Assembly (NCBI GenBank): GCA_905233905.1 | Contig: CAJOFN010000001.1 | Coordinates: forward strand, 266 to 64,265 | DNA length: 64,000 bases | DNA from: an uncultured Lachnospiraceae bacterium | GTDB lineage: Bacteria > Bacillota > Clostridia > Lachnospirales > Lachnospiraceae | Direction of reading: 5' to 3' | Shown: positions 18,704 to 29,523 of the stretch, in pieces | How positions within the stretch are numbered: position 1 is the first letter of the stretch | How the letters are laid out: each line of letters opens with the position of its first letter | Notes under the pieces: generated by a model | The model's database searches: none | What the model saw: only the letters and a program-made list of their open reading frames with translations | What the model was told of the DNA's origin: nothing | Program-made: the position numbers and the translations under genes

Positions 18704-19479
18704 TGCTCCCGGTGGCTATAAAACAATTCCTCAGAAAGCTTTTGCTTTTCCTCTGACTTATCTGAGTTGCGAAAGCATATGGTTCCCTCACCTGCTCCGG
18801 AAGGTCTTAAAAGCCCGGCGTCAGATATCCGTCGCCTGAGTTCCTTTGCAGTGCCAAGGCTTCCGTCATAAATTTCCACATCACTTCCGATAACACGCTG
18901 TAAGCGCTTCCTGATGAAAGGATAGTGGGTACACCCCAAAACCACGGCATCCAGTCCACCGGACAGATAGGGGCTTAAGAGTTCGCGCAGGAAAGCTTCA
19001 ACCTCATCGGTATCAGCCTTACCACCTTCCACGTATTCCATAAGTCCAGGACATGGAAGGGGGATCACTTCGCAATCCCCCCCATACCGACTTAATAAAT
19101 TTTTGAATTTCTCCTCGCGGATGGTCATGGGCGTAGCCATTACAAGTATCCTGCCGCCTTCATGCTCTGTAACTGCAGGCTTTAATGCCGGCTCAATACC
19201 GACTATGGGAACCTCCGGGTATATCTCGCGCAGATCCTTAACGGCTGCAGAGGTAGCGGTATTGCAGGCAATAGCTATCGCCTTTGCCCCCTCATCCAAA
19301 AAATCCGCCACAAGCTCTAACACACGGCTTCTTACCATGTCGGTGCTTTTGGTACCGTAAGGAGCATTTGCCGAATCACCGTAAAAAAGAAAATTCTCAT
19401 CCGGCATTAGCCTGTGCATTGGAATAAGGACGCTGATACCCCCTACTCCCGAATCCATGACCGCAATAAAATCCTTCAT
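18694..19479 (-). CDS. murI: glutamate racemase
   Basis: VMDSGVGGISV, CNTATS and GCTHYP motifs. The start is placed at MKDFIAVMDSG (19479); the longer ORF would overlap pgm. Confidence 0.9.
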   Translation of the reverse strand: MKDFIAVMDSGVGGISVLIPMHRLMPDENFLFYGDSANAPYGTKSTDMVRSRVLELVADFLDEGAKAIAIACNTATSAAVKDLREIYPEVPIVGIEPALKPAVTEHEGGRILVMATPMTIREEKFKNLLSRYGGDCEVIPLPCPGLMEYVEGGKADTDEVEAFLRELLSPYLSGGLDAVVLGCTHYPFIRKRLQRVIGSDVEIYDGSLGTAKELRRRISDAGLLRPSGAGEGTICFRNSDKSEEKQKLSEELFYSHREHCH

Positions 19480-19486
19480 ATCATTA

Positions 19487-21169
19487 TCAGGAGAGGATGG
19501 GTTTACATGCCTCTGCCAGCTTATCCTTCTTAGCCTCTGCCTCTGCAAGATCCTTGCCCTTGGTGGTAAAGTATGTCTTGATCTTGGGCTCCGTACCGGA
19601 AGGACGTACTATTGTGGTGGAACCGTCCTCAAGTCCGTAGATAAGTACATTTGCCTTGGGAAGTCCTGTCTCTTCGGGCTTGTTGAAGTCCTTTACGGAT
19701 GTAACGGCAATGCCTGCGAAATCCTTGGGAGGATTCTCCCTTAAGGACTTCATGATGTCTGCCATCTTGTCCATGCCGGAAAGCCCGGGGAATTCAAAGG
19801 AATCAACCTTATTAAGATATCTGCCGTACTCTGAATATATCTCCTCAAGACGCTGCTTGATGGATGAGCCTATGCTGCGGTAATATGCAGCCATCTCGCA
19901 GATGAGCATTGAGCCGATAACGGCGTCCTTGTCACGGACATAGGGGCCGGCAAGGTATCCGTAGCTCTCCTCGAAACCGAAGATAAAGCGGTCAACCTCT
20001 CCTGCCTCTTCAAGCTGTGCGATCTGGTCTCCTATCCACTTAAAGCCTGTAAGGACGTGGCGCAGCTCAACTCCGTAATGCTCGGCAACAGCGTCTGCAA
20101 GAGGAGTGGAAACTATGGACATAACTGCAACAGGGCGCTCGGGCATTGTGCCTTTTTCGATGCGGCCTGCGCAGATATAATCTAAAAGAAGTACGCCCAT
20201 TTCGTTGCCGGATACCAGCTCATAGCTGCCGTCAGGACATTTCATCGCAATTCCTACACGGTCAGCGTCAGGGTCTGTTGCAAGCATGAGGTCAGCGCCT
20301 GTTTCCTTTGCAAGCTCCAGACCATACTTTAATGCCTCAAATATCTCAGGGTTGGGGTAAGGACAGGTGGTAAAGTAACCGTTGGGATATTCCTGTTCGG
20401 GAACTATGGTTATGTCTGTGATCCCCATATCGGATAAAACCTTGGTAACGGGTATAAGACCGGTACCGTTAAGCGGTGAATAAACCAGCTTAAGGCCTGA
20501 GCTTGCGGCAAGACCGGGACGAACCTGTCTGGATTCGATGGCTTCATAGAAAGCAGCCTTGCAGTCATCGCCAACAAAGCGGATAAGCCCCTTTTCCACG
20601 CCCTCTGCAAAGGAAATACGCTTTGCGCCTGTTAATATGTCGGTCTTCTGTATCTCGTCATAGACAATGGCGGCAGCGTCGTCAGTCATCTGGCAGCCGT
20701 CTGGACCATAAGCCTTGTAGCCGTTGTATTTGGCGGGGTTGTGGGAAGCTGTTACCATAATACCAGCGTTGCACTTGTAGTATCTTGTAGCAAAAGAAAG
20801 CGCCGGAACGGGCATTAACGCATCATAAATCCTTACGTTGATACCGTTGGCAGCAAGCACGCCTGCAGCTTCCTTGGAGAAGATATCGCTCTTGAGACGG
20901 CTGTCATAGGCAATGGCAACTGTCTGATTGCCGCCCTGGGTAAGTACCCAGTTGGCAAGACCCTGGGTTGCCTGTCTGACTACCCAGATGTTCATTCTGT
21001 TGGTGCCGGCTCCAAGAGTGCCGCGAAGTCCTGCGGTACCGAACTGCAGTGAAACAGCAAAGCGATCCTTGATCTCATCGTCATTGTCACGCACCTTGTT
21101 CAGCTCCGGCAAAAGATCCGGATCTTCAAGGTCAAATCCCAGCCAGCGTTCGTATTCCTCTTTATACAT
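19487..21169 (-). CDS. pgcA: phosphoglucomutase / phosphomannomutase family protein
   Basis: Active-site TASHNPAKYNGYK. The start at MYKEEYERW (21169) is preceded by GGAGGG. Confidence 0.85.
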   Translation of the reverse strand: MYKEEYERWLGFDLEDPDLLPELNKVRDNDDEIKDRFAVSLQFGTAGLRGTLGAGTNRMNIWVVRQATQGLANWVLTQGGNQTVAIAYDSRLKSDIFSKEAAGVLAANGINVRIYDALMPVPALSFATRYYKCNAGIMVTASHNPAKYNGYKAYGPDGCQMTDDAAAIVYDEIQKTDILTGAKRISFAEGVEKGLIRFVGDDCKAAFYEAIESRQVRPGLAASSGLKLVYSPLNGTGLIPVTKVLSDMGITDITIVPEQEYPNGYFTTCPYPNPEIFEALKYGLELAKETGADLMLATDPDADRVGIAMKCPDGSYELVSGNEMGVLLLDYICAGRIEKGTMPERPVAVMSIVSTPLADAVAEHYGVELRHVLTGFKWIGDQIAQLEEAGEVDRFIFGFEESYGYLAGPYVRDKDAVIGSMLICEMAAYYRSIGSSIKQRLEEIYSEYGRYLNKVDSFEFPGLSGMDKMADIMKSLRENPPKDFAGIAVTSVKDFNKPEETGLPKANVLIYGLEDGSTTIVRPSGTEPKIKTYFTTKGKDLAEAEAKKDKLAEACKPILS

Positions 21170-21261
21170 GTTCCCTCCTTCTATGCATGTGTTACTGGAT
21201 AAACAATACATTAAGTAGAATTTTAGCACAACGAGGCGTGGGTAACAAGTAGAAAAAGATG

Positions 21262-23934
21262 CTACATCATCCGACTTGCGTGGCAGGTGAAATATATGAT
21301 CTGGCGCTCACTGCCAAGGCTTTCCATGAGCTTTAGAGCCATGGCAAGCTTTGCTTCATCAAGATTGGCAAAAGGGTCGTCTAATATGAGAAAGGGCTTT
21401 TCATCGCGATAGAGGATATCCACAAGGGCAAGCCTGGCGCATACCGACAACAGATCCTGGTATCCGCTGCTGAGATACTCCAGCTCCTTGCGGCTGCCGT
21501 TGTAATCAAGCCTTATCCCCAGATCCATATCCAGGGTAAGATCGGATGCCCCGATACCTGCATCTCCCCCATCGCCGCATACTCGCTCGATGTAGTGATG
21601 CATTTTCTTTCTTAAGGGACCCATGTATCTTGCCAAAAAGCTCTCCTTTGCCTTGATAAGATAGGCGATAGCTTTCTCTATCCGCTCGGTTCTTTTCCTG
21701 TAGCCCGCCTCAAGCTCCTCCAGCCCTTCCAGCCTGTCAGCGTTTTCCTGAAGGCGCTCCAGCTCATCTGAAAGCTCATTCTGGGCATTCGTGCCCTTTA
21801 CAAGCTGCTCGTTTAAGTCAACCATAGCAGCGTCTATCTCTGCCTCGTCAGCCTGCAGCTCTGTCACTGACCGTGTATCCTCATTGATATTAAATCTGCT
21901 TTCAAAATCAACAATGTCCTTTTTCAGTCCCTCAAGTCTTTTTCTTAAGGCTACAATGTGATCATAATTTCTTCTGACCTCCAAAAGCTGCTCCTTGTAG
22001 CTTGCATCCGAAACATCAAAGGGCTCCAGAAACTTATCTAAGATCAGAGACGCTTCCTTTATTGAATCCAAAAGCTGTAATTTTTCTTCCTGTGCCTGCC
22101 GGTAATCTGAATATTCCTTCAGATCCTCCCTTAACAGGGCCAATACCTCTCCATCCCTGTGTTCATCATACAGGTCAAGACCGTATATTCCGGCATAGCC
22201 TGAAAGCTCGGTATAAAGCTCAAGCTGCATGGCGGAAAGCTCCTCCAATACCTCGGAATGATCCTCCATAAGCTGCTTTTCGCGGGCAGCAAGCCTGTCG
22301 AACTGTTCCTTTTTGCGCTGGATCTCTCCTATCATCTGGGTATATGAATCTGCCGGGCTTACTAAAAAGCCGTCTAAAAAGCTTCTGCATACCTCTCTTT
22401 GTCTGTCTCTTTCCGCTATACTTGCTTCTCTTTGCTCTTCTATGGAAAGAAGCGCCTCCTGCGCAAGCCTGATCCGCTCATTTCTCTCCTTCCGCCCTCT
22501 GATCAGAGAGTATATTACGGTAATGATCACAAATACTGCCGCTATCATGGTCACAGCCGCAAAAAGCCTGCCGGATGTTCCGGAAAACAGCACAAAGAAT
22601 GCCAGAGAGCCTGCCGCAAGTACCATGGCAACCAAAAGACCGTAAAGAAATCCCCTCGGTCCCCTGGTGTCGTTATCATTTTCACGCCTAAGCTCTATTC
22701 TGATCGATGCGTTACGGTACTGTTCATTTAATGCCTCAACCTGACCCTCAAGCTGTGCCAGCTTTGCGGCATCCTGCAGGGCATTTTCAAATTCCTCAAT
22801 CCCCGGATTTTTAACGGCAAAATAACTGCGGAGTTCTTTAAGTATTGAATTTTCTTCCTCCGTCATGCTTGTATTTTCACCCTTAAGTCTGAGCGAAAAA
22901 ATCCGCTGGCTCTTTGCGTCCCAACTGTCCAGTCTGTCATAATCTATTAAGTCATCTTTGAACAATTCCTCCAGGCGGCTTATACGTTCTTCTGACGGTA
23001 TACGGGCTGAAAGTGTCTCAACATGTTCTTTGTCTATTTCAAGGCGTCTTTCAACCTCATCCATGGAATCAAGCCTGTCTCTGCTGCAATCACCAGAGCC
23101 AAAGAATTTCTCTAACTCTACAAAGTCTTTATATGAATTATTATATGTCTTTTTCTTTTCTGTATATACTCCCAGCTCCTGTTCCCGTATGCTTTGTTTT
23201 TTTATCTGTTCTTTTAATATTTCCTTTTGAGCGCGTTTCTCACGTAATAGTTCACGTTTTTCTTCTAAAACAAGCCTCTGCTTGTCCAATGCCTCTCCTA
23301 CAGCCGGAATCCTTTCAGCCGCCTCCCTACATTCACGTATATCCTGTCTTACGGCTATCAGCCTGCCGGGATCAAGTCTGGAATTTTTGGTGTATATTCG
23401 CTTAGCGTCCTCAAGCCTGCGTATTGCCATATCAAAGTTGTTGATGTCGTCAGCCGCGGAAGCCATATCACCCATTTTAGCGTTTAATGAATCTGTCATA
23501 CCGGTTGAGAGACTGTTCTGGGGGATAAAGATGCTCTTCTCAAAGGAAGCCCTGTCAACTAAAAACAACTCCTGTCCTATGTCGGATGAATAATCCTCAC
23601 TTAACAGTCCTGTCTTGGCGTCAAACAGCCGAAATTCATCCTCGGTATCCTTTTTGCCGAAAAATCTCTCTATCCTATATGTTCCCCGGTCAGATTCAAA
23701 GGTCACACTGCCCCCGTAAGGGTTGGCCGCTTCCCAAGGCCTGTAGTGGTCTCTTTCGGAAAGGGTCTTTTTGCGGCTGTATTCCATTCCATAAAACATG
23801 GATTTAAGAAAAACACTGAAGGTAGTCTTGCCCCATCCGTTTTCTTCCATCCACGAATTGATGCCATCTTTAAAATCTATATTTAATTTGCTAATTCTGC
23901 CAAAGCCGGCTATCTCACAAGAAATCAGTCGCAT
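21262..23934 (-). CDS. SMC/Rad50-like AAA ATPase with central TM hairpin (B. subtilis YhaN/SbcE-like)
   Basis: Walker A ENGWGKTT, long coiled-coil arms, signature LSSGYQDLL and Walker B FLILDDPF. Two hydrophobic helices (GFLYGLLVAMVLAAGSLAFFVLF...LFAAVTMIAAVFVIITVIYSLI) sit mid-protein where a Rad50 zinc hook would be. Confidence 0.7.
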   Translation of the reverse strand: MRLISCEIAGFGRISKLNIDFKDGINSWMEENGWGKTTFSVFLKSMFYGMEYSRKKTLSERDHYRPWEAANPYGGSVTFESDRGTYRIERFFGKKDTEDEFRLFDAKTGLLSEDYSSDIGQELFLVDRASFEKSIFIPQNSLSTGMTDSLNAKMGDMASAADDINNFDMAIRRLEDAKRIYTKNSRLDPGRLIAVRQDIRECREAAERIPAVGEALDKQRLVLEEKRELLREKRAQKEILKEQIKKQSIREQELGVYTEKKKTYNNSYKDFVELEKFFGSGDCSRDRLDSMDEVERRLEIDKEHVETLSARIPSEERISRLEELFKDDLIDYDRLDSWDAKSQRIFSLRLKGENTSMTEEENSILKELRSYFAVKNPGIEEFENALQDAAKLAQLEGQVEALNEQYRNASIRIELRRENDNDTRGPRGFLYGLLVAMVLAAGSLAFFVLFSGTSGRLFAAVTMIAAVFVIITVIYSLIRGRKERNERIRLAQEALLSIEEQREASIAERDRQREVCRSFLDGFLVSPADSYTQMIGEIQRKKEQFDRLAAREKQLMEDHSEVLEELSAMQLELYTELSGYAGIYGLDLYDEHRDGEVLALLREDLKEYSDYRQAQEEKLQLLDSIKEASLILDKFLEPFDVSDASYKEQLLEVRRNYDHIVALRKRLEGLKKDIVDFESRFNINEDTRSVTELQADEAEIDAAMVDLNEQLVKGTNAQNELSDELERLQENADRLEGLEELEAGYRKRTERIEKAIAYLIKAKESFLARYMGPLRKKMHHYIERVCGDGGDAGIGASDLTLDMDLGIRLDYNGSRKELEYLSSGYQDLLSVCARLALVDILYRDEKPFLILDDPFANLDEAKLAMALKLMESLGSERQIIYFTCHASRMM

Positions 23935-23935
23935 A

Positions 23936-25048
23936 CTATTCCTCGATCTCGTCTCCTAATATAGCCCTTATTCCAAGCTCTATTATCTCAGAACGCTCTT
24001 CCTCCGCCATGTCCTCCCCGGACAGAAGCCTTACAAATTCGCCCTTAAGGGAACGGTCTCCCGCAAAATCATCATAGTTTATCCGCGTGCTTGTCTCATC
24101 AACAACCTTTACGAAATAAAATTTATCTTTAAAAACATTAGCTATTCTGTCACAATCTATATCAAAGTCAATATCCGTCACTCCGTTAAGCACTATCTTG
24201 ACCAGCGGGAGGCTTTCCTTTGGCACTTTTGCAAAGGCCTTCGCAGACTCTGTGATGGCATCTATGATATCCGGCATATTCATAGTCTCATTTACGGAAA
24301 CTGTAATCTCATGCAACTCCCTTAAGGCAAAGGGTATGAAGCTGTGTGTAAGAGAAAGTGTTTCGTCATCTATATCGATCAGCACAAAGCCTTTACTTCC
24401 GCACTCATCAAAGCCCCTGCCCTCCAGACAGCCGCTATAGCAATACTCTCCCCTGTCATCAAGCCTCTGGCATTTGTAAGAATGAATATGTCCCAAAGCC
24501 AGATAATCAATGTTTTTGTTCCTGAAGGATGGTATTGAAACAATATGGGTACGATCCCTGCCAACATAGTCGGATTCCTGCCCATGAAGGGTGACTATGT
24601 TGCATTTGGAGCCGTCAAGGATAAGATTTACAGAAATGGATTTGTAATTATCGTCGGATAATTCTCTTCCGGAAATAACAACATCGCCATAGGTATAGGC
24701 GATCCATGAGTCTTTTTTAAACCTTTTTAAATTTGCGGGGATGTCATTTTCTTCGAGATCGCTCAAAAAATCCGTCCTGTCATGATTCCCTAAGAGATAA
24801 AGAAAATCAATGTCAGGATGAGTTATGATCTCCTCTAAAACACGCTTCTTGGCGGATTTGCGGACATGCAGCTTGTCAAACAGATCTCCTGCGATAATGA
24901 TGACAGATACCTCATTGTCCGCGGCAAAAGCCACCATCCTTGAGAACGTATCTAAAAGCTCTCCCCTGCGTTCCTTTGCCATAAGAGGATCAAGATTGCT
25001 CTCCATCCTGGAATCCAGATGAAGATCCGCGGTATGGATGATCCTCAT
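23936..25048 (-). CDS. Mre11/SbcD-like metallophosphoesterase (YhaO/SbcF-like)
   Basis: Phosphoesterase motifs ADLHLD, AGDLFD and GNHD. Immediately upstream of the ATPase, 1 nt apart. Confidence 0.75.
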   Translation of the reverse strand: MRIIHTADLHLDSRMESNLDPLMAKERRGELLDTFSRMVAFAADNEVSVIIIAGDLFDKLHVRKSAKKRVLEEIITHPDIDFLYLLGNHDRTDFLSDLEENDIPANLKRFKKDSWIAYTYGDVVISGRELSDDNYKSISVNLILDGSKCNIVTLHGQESDYVGRDRTHIVSIPSFRNKNIDYLALGHIHSYKCQRLDDRGEYCYSGCLEGRGFDECGSKGFVLIDIDDETLSLTHSFIPFALRELHEITVSVNETMNMPDIIDAITESAKAFAKVPKESLPLVKIVLNGVTDIDFDIDCDRIANVFKDKFYFVKVVDETSTRINYDDFAGDRSLKGEFVRLLSGEDMAEEERSEIIELGIRAILGDEIEE

Positions 25049-27096
25049 TGCAGCGCCTCTGGTGCGGAGTGCTTTAAAACTACCGCGGTAAACGCGGGAA
25101 GCTCTAACGGCAGTCTTCCGCCCTCTACCTCGCGGTGTACATGCATTATGGAATAGCCCTTTTCATATGCCACAAAGATCTGATCCATGACACAGTTATT
25201 GGGTACTCCGGCCTCCCATACGGGCAGAACTGCCCTCATATCGGAGCCGCCACTGTTTATGGCGATGACCACCTGCTCCTTGTCGGTAAATCTGGCGTAG
25301 CTTACAAAATAACGCCCGGTTTCCAGGAACAGGAAAGAACCCTTGCGCAAAGCTTCGCTGCTGCGGTGCATGAAGATAACATCCCTGTGGAAATCAAGCA
25401 GATCATGATCCTCTTTGCCCCAGGGGTAGGTCCTGCGGTTATCCGGATCGGTAAATCCGACCTGCCCAGCCTCGTCAGCATAGTATACCGTGGGAGCGCC
25501 CGGCCAGGTAAACTGCATCAGTACAGCTTCTTTGAATATCTGCTTGTTGATATCCTCGCCTGCAGCTTCGGAACCAAGCTGCCCTACCCGTCCCACCTTG
25601 TGATTGGTCCTGGTAAGGAATCGTGAATGATCGTGATTTGAAAGCTCATTCATGGCGCAATGAAGAGACGGCGTCATGAAGGCTGTCATACAGTGCCTCA
25701 TGGTCATCTCAAAACGCTTTCCGTCGCCGATAGCCTCCTCCTCTATGCGGTCAGAATGTTTTTCCATTCCGGTGAAGAAAAAGGATACAGGCTCCATAAA
25801 TGCGTCGTAATTCATTATGGTATCCCACTCGCCGCCGGAAAGCCAGCTTCTGGCATCACCATAATGCTCCGCCAGAATGACTGCGTCGGGATTGGCACGC
25901 TTGACAGCGCTCCTGAAATCACGCCAGAAGCTGTGATTAAACTCCTCTGACAGTCCCAGATCAGCAGCCACATCAAGCCTCCAGCCGTCACAGTTATAGG
26001 GCGCAGAAACCCACTTAGCCGCTACACGCAGAATATACTCGCGGAGCATGCGGCTTTCCTCGTAGTTGAGCTTGGGCAGGGTATCATGTCCCCACCAGCC
26101 GTCATATGCGGTGTTGTAAGGCCAGGAGCCGTCATCATAGAATCTGAAGAAATCGTGATAGGGGCTTCTCTCGTCTACAAACGCTCCAGGCGGATAGCCG
26201 GGAACATTCTCGTATATTCTCTCCCGGTCCATCCACTTGTTGAAGGAACCGCAGTGATTAAACACGCCGTCGAGAATTACCTTAATACCCTTATTATGAG
26301 CCTCTTCAACAAATTCAGCGAAAAATTTGTTGGAAGCGGCAAGATTTTCCTTGTCGGTAACACGCCTTATAAAGCGGGTGGCGTGCATGTTGTTGTTGTC
26401 ATCGGCGGCAAGCAGCTCTCCGTCGTCCTTTACTATCCTGCCGTAATGAGGATCTATATAATCATAGTCCTGGGTGTCGTATTTGTGGTTGGAGGGGGAT
26501 ACAAATATCGGGTTGAAATATATTACCTGAATCCCCAGTCCCTTAAGGTAGCCCAGCTTGCGGCGGACACCCTCGATATCCCCGCCGTAAAACTCGGTAA
26601 CGTCAAATTCCCGAGGATACCTGTCCCACTGGTCTACGTGATGGACATGCCCGGAGATATAGTTGTATTCGTCGTTAAGTACGTCGTTGGTCTCGTCGCC
26701 CCTGGCAAATCTGTCAACCAATATCTGGTACATTACGGCTCCCTTTGCCCATTCCGGCGTAGCATATCCCGCCACGATACAGAACTTGTACTGGGGCCTT
26801 ATGTCATCCGTAACGCCAAAACGGTCAAGATACACGATCTCTGTACCGCTTTTCATCTCAAAATAGTAGCTGAAGGGCTCGTTACCCATTATGATCTCAG
26901 TCTCATAAAAATCGAAACGCTCATCGGAGACCACCTTGCGCATCACTACCCTGTCATCGCCGTTTGCCCGCAGACATGCGTATTCCACATCATCCTTTGC
27001 GGTGCGCACGCGAATCCTGACACCCTCACCTACATCCGGTTCGCAAGGTATACGATAACTGCCTGTGCCATCAGAAAAAATTGCTTCTCGATTCAT
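25045..27096 (-). CDS. GH13 alpha-amylase-family enzyme (neopullulanase / cyclomaltodextrinase-like)
   Basis: GH13 regions I-IV are present: DGVFNHCG, GWRLDVAADL, ILAEHYG, LSNHDHSRF. Confidence 0.85.
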   Translation of the reverse strand: MNREAIFSDGTGSYRIPCEPDVGEGVRIRVRTAKDDVEYACLRANGDDRVVMRKVVSDERFDFYETEIIMGNEPFSYYFEMKSGTEIVYLDRFGVTDDIRPQYKFCIVAGYATPEWAKGAVMYQILVDRFARGDETNDVLNDEYNYISGHVHHVDQWDRYPREFDVTEFYGGDIEGVRRKLGYLKGLGIQVIYFNPIFVSPSNHKYDTQDYDYIDPHYGRIVKDDGELLAADDNNNMHATRFIRRVTDKENLAASNKFFAEFVEEAHNKGIKVILDGVFNHCGSFNKWMDRERIYENVPGYPPGAFVDERSPYHDFFRFYDDGSWPYNTAYDGWWGHDTLPKLNYEESRMLREYILRVAAKWVSAPYNCDGWRLDVAADLGLSEEFNHSFWRDFRSAVKRANPDAVILAEHYGDARSWLSGGEWDTIMNYDAFMEPVSFFFTGMEKHSDRIEEEAIGDGKRFEMTMRHCMTAFMTPSLHCAMNELSNHDHSRFLTRTNHKVGRVGQLGSEAAGEDINKQIFKEAVLMQFTWPGAPTVYYADEAGQVGFTDPDNRRTYPWGKEDHDLLDFHRDVIFMHRSSEALRKGSFLFLETGRYFVSYARFTDKEQVVIAINSGGSDMRAVLPVWEAGVPNNCVMDQIFVAYEKGYSIMHVHREVEGGRLPLELPAFTAVVLKHSAPEALQ

Positions 27097-27109
27097 ACAA
27101 CATCCTATA

Positions 27110-29002
27110 CTACATGTCTTCTACCCTGACACCCTCTGAGGCAAGAACCTGTTCGTCCTTCTCAAAGACCTGATCCCCAAAGAGCGCCTCAAATTCTTCC
27201 CTGCCTATCTTTTCCTTTTCAAGGAGAAGCGCGGCAGAGCTATGCAGAACATCCATATGCTCTGTGATGAGCTCTCTTGCCCTGGTATAACATTCGTCTA
27301 TTATGCGTTTGACTTCAATATCAATCTTGGCGGCTACTTCCTCGCCATAGCCCCGGATATGTCCGTAATCCCTGCCGAGGAAAACCTCATCCTCATCCTC
27401 TGCATAGGAAACCGGACCTATCTCACCAGAAAAACCATACTTGGTCACCATCTCCCTTGCTGCCTTGGTCGCCTTCTTGAGATCGCTGGAATCACCCGTG
27501 GTGATGTCATCCAGTACAAGCTCCTCCGCAACCCTGCCTCCGAGAGAGACTATGATGTTCTGCATCATTTTGCTTCTGGTATTGAACATATCATCGTTCT
27601 CGGGAAGGGGCATGGTATACCCTGCCGCGCCGATACCGGTGGGAATGATAGATACCGAATAAACAGGCCCCACATCCGGAAGCACATGGAAAAGTATGGC
27701 ATGACCTGATTCGTGATATGCCGTGATACGCTTTTCCTTGTCGGAAATGACCTTGCTACGCTTTTCGGTTCCTATGCCTACCTTGACAAATGACTGTCTT
27801 ATGTCTGCCTGTTCGATGTAGGAACGGTTCTCCCTGGCAACCTTTATCGCGGCTTCGTTGAGCAGGTTCTCTAAATCCGCTCCCGTAAAGCCGGCCGTGG
27901 TCTGGGCGATCTGCCTGAGATCCACATCCTCGGAAAGCCGCTTGTTCTTGGCATGGACATTTAATATCTCTTCCCTGCCGGATACATCAGGCCTGCCCAC
28001 AAATACCTTGCGGTCAAAGCGTCCGGGGCGCATTATCGCCGGATCTAATATATCAACCCTGTTGGTTGCTGCCATGACAATGATGCCTTCATTGTCGGAA
28101 AAGCCGTCCATCTCAACCAGCATCTGGTTTAAGGTCTGTTCGCGCTCGTCGTGGCCTCCGCCCATTCCTGATCCACGGCGTCTGGCAACGGCATCTATCT
28201 CGTCTATGAACACTATGCAGGGCTCGCTCTTTTTGGCTTCCGCGAAAAGGTCTCTTACCCTTGAGGCTCCGACACCCACAAACATCTCTACAAAATCCGA
28301 ACCGGAAATGGAAAAGAAGGGTACTCCTGCCTCACCTGCCACTGCCTTGGCAAGCAGGGTCTTGCCCGTGCCGGGAGGTCCCACTAAAAGCAGTCCCTTG
28401 GGTATCCTGGCTCCAATGTCTGTATATTTGAACGGGTCCTTGAGGAAATCCACCACCTCAAGAAGCTCTTCCTTTTCTTCTATGAGACCGGCAACATCTG
28501 AAAAGCGGATATTGACCTCGTCTCTGCCTGTTACACGGGCACGGCTCCTGCCAAAATCCATCATGCGCCTGTCACGGGCTCCGACTGCCATGCCTCCCGC
28601 TCCTGCCTGACTGTTCATCAGTATCATGAACAAAATGAACAGGGCAGCAACCACTATCATGGTAGGAAGCATCTGCTCCACCCATTGATTCTGTGGGATG
28701 TTGTTCATGGTATAGGCTATCCCCGCCGCCGAAAGCTGATCCTGAAGCTTGTTGACATCGGAGACATATAATATATGCTCGCCCTTGTCCTTGATCGTGA
28801 CCCTTGCAGAACCGGTGGGTACCTGTTCGTTCTGGTCTATCACCACGGATATTACCTGACCGTTGGCAATAGCCGAATCCAGCTCAGACTGGGAATATGT
28901 AGGAGCCGGATCTGCCGCGAAATACAGCCAGAAGAAGATCACCAGGATCATCAGCAATATGTAAAAGCCAAAACCGCTTGAGCGCCTCATTGAACCACCC
29001 AT
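27110..29002 (-). CDS. ftsH: ATP-dependent zinc metalloprotease FtsH
   Basis: AAA Walker [22 protein letters not shown] region and the HESGHA zinc motif. Confidence 0.95.
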   Translation of the reverse strand: MGGSMRRSSGFGFYILLMILVIFFWLYFAADPAPTYSQSELDSAIANGQVISVVIDQNEQVPTGSARVTIKDKGEHILYVSDVNKLQDQLSAAGIAYTMNNIPQNQWVEQMLPTMIVVAALFILFMILMNSQAGAGGMAVGARDRRMMDFGRSRARVTGRDEVNIRFSDVAGLIEEKEELLEVVDFLKDPFKYTDIGARIPKGLLLVGPPGTGKTLLAKAVAGEAGVPFFSISGSDFVEMFVGVGASRVRDLFAEAKKSEPCIVFIDEIDAVARRRGSGMGGGHDEREQTLNQMLVEMDGFSDNEGIIVMAATNRVDILDPAIMRPGRFDRKVFVGRPDVSGREEILNVHAKNKRLSEDVDLRQIAQTTAGFTGADLENLLNEAAIKVARENRSYIEQADIRQSFVKVGIGTEKRSKVISDKEKRITAYHESGHAILFHVLPDVGPVYSVSIIPTGIGAAGYTMPLPENDDMFNTRSKMMQNIIVSLGGRVAEELVLDDITTGDSSDLKKATKAAREMVTKYGFSGEIGPVSYAEDEDEVFLGRDYGHIRGYGEEVAAKIDIEVKRIIDECYTRARELITEHMDVLHSSAALLLEKEKIGREEFEALFGDQVFEKDEQVLASEGVRVEDM

Positions 29003-29523
29003 CAGAAATCTAATATCCCGATATAGGGAAGATTGCGGTATTTCTGGTCATAATCAAGGCCATAGCCCACCATGAAGGCGTCAGGAACGGAAAAACCTAT
29101 GTAATCCATCTGAACATCCACCTCCCTGCGATCCGCCTTGTCTAACATCGCGCACTTTCTGATGCTCTTGGCATTCCTGTCCTTGAAGAGATTCTCCAGG
29201 AAGTGGAAGGTATGTCCGCTGTCGATTATGTCCTCAACTATTATTACATTACGCCCCGCCACGGGAAGATCCAGATCCTTCTTGATCTTAACCTCGCCTG
29301 TGGATACGGTTCCTGAGCCATAGCTTGAGGTAGCCATAAAATCAATGGTCACAGGTACTGTTATCCTCTTTGCCAATTCACACGCAAAAAAGCTGGCTCC
29401 CTTGAGGATGCATACCAAAAAGATGCTCTCTCCCTCGTAGTCCTTGCTGATCTGCTCTCCCAGCTCCCTTATGCGGTGGTCAATCTCCTCCTCAGGAAGC
29501 ATTACCCTGACTTTCTCACTCAT
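29002..29523 (-). CDS. hpt: hypoxanthine phosphoribosyltransferase
   Basis: PRPP-binding VIIVEDIIDSGHT. The start at MSEKVRV overlaps the tilS stop (TAATG). Conserved tilS-hpt-ftsH order. Confidence 0.9.
   Translation of the reverse strand: MSEKVRVMLPEEEIDHRIRELGEQISKDYEGESIFLVCILKGASFFACELAKRITVPVTIDFMATSSYGSGTVSTGEVKIKKDLDLPVAGRNVIIVEDIIDSGHTFHFLENLFKDRNAKSIRKCAMLDKADRREVDVQMDYIGFSVPDAFMVGYGLDYDQKYRNLPYIGILDF

Noticed and set aside
19480-19548. N-terminal extensions in the ORF track for murI. The same applies to pgm (21170..21229), cca (35020..35067), proS (36458..36514), hpt (29524..29547) and the PucR regulator (51090..51152).
   Set aside because: In each case the extension overlaps the upstream gene and has arginine/cysteine-rich junk sequence. 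A downstream Met coincides with the conserved family N-terminus and with an SD or a stop-start overlap.
26086-27129. A 347-aa plus-strand ORF, the longest 'extra' ORF in the window.
   Set aside because: It is entirely antisense to the GH13 gene, whose four catalytic regions are unambiguous on the minus strand. Its product is odd in composition (V/I/G/Y-rich with no recognisable motif) and has no RBS. Long antisense ORFs are a known by-product of codon bias.
27858-28610. A 250-aa plus-strand ORF opposite ftsH.
   Set aside because: The product is S/P/T/R-rich low-complexity sequence, antisense to the most conserved part of FtsH (the AAA domain). It is not a credible gene.
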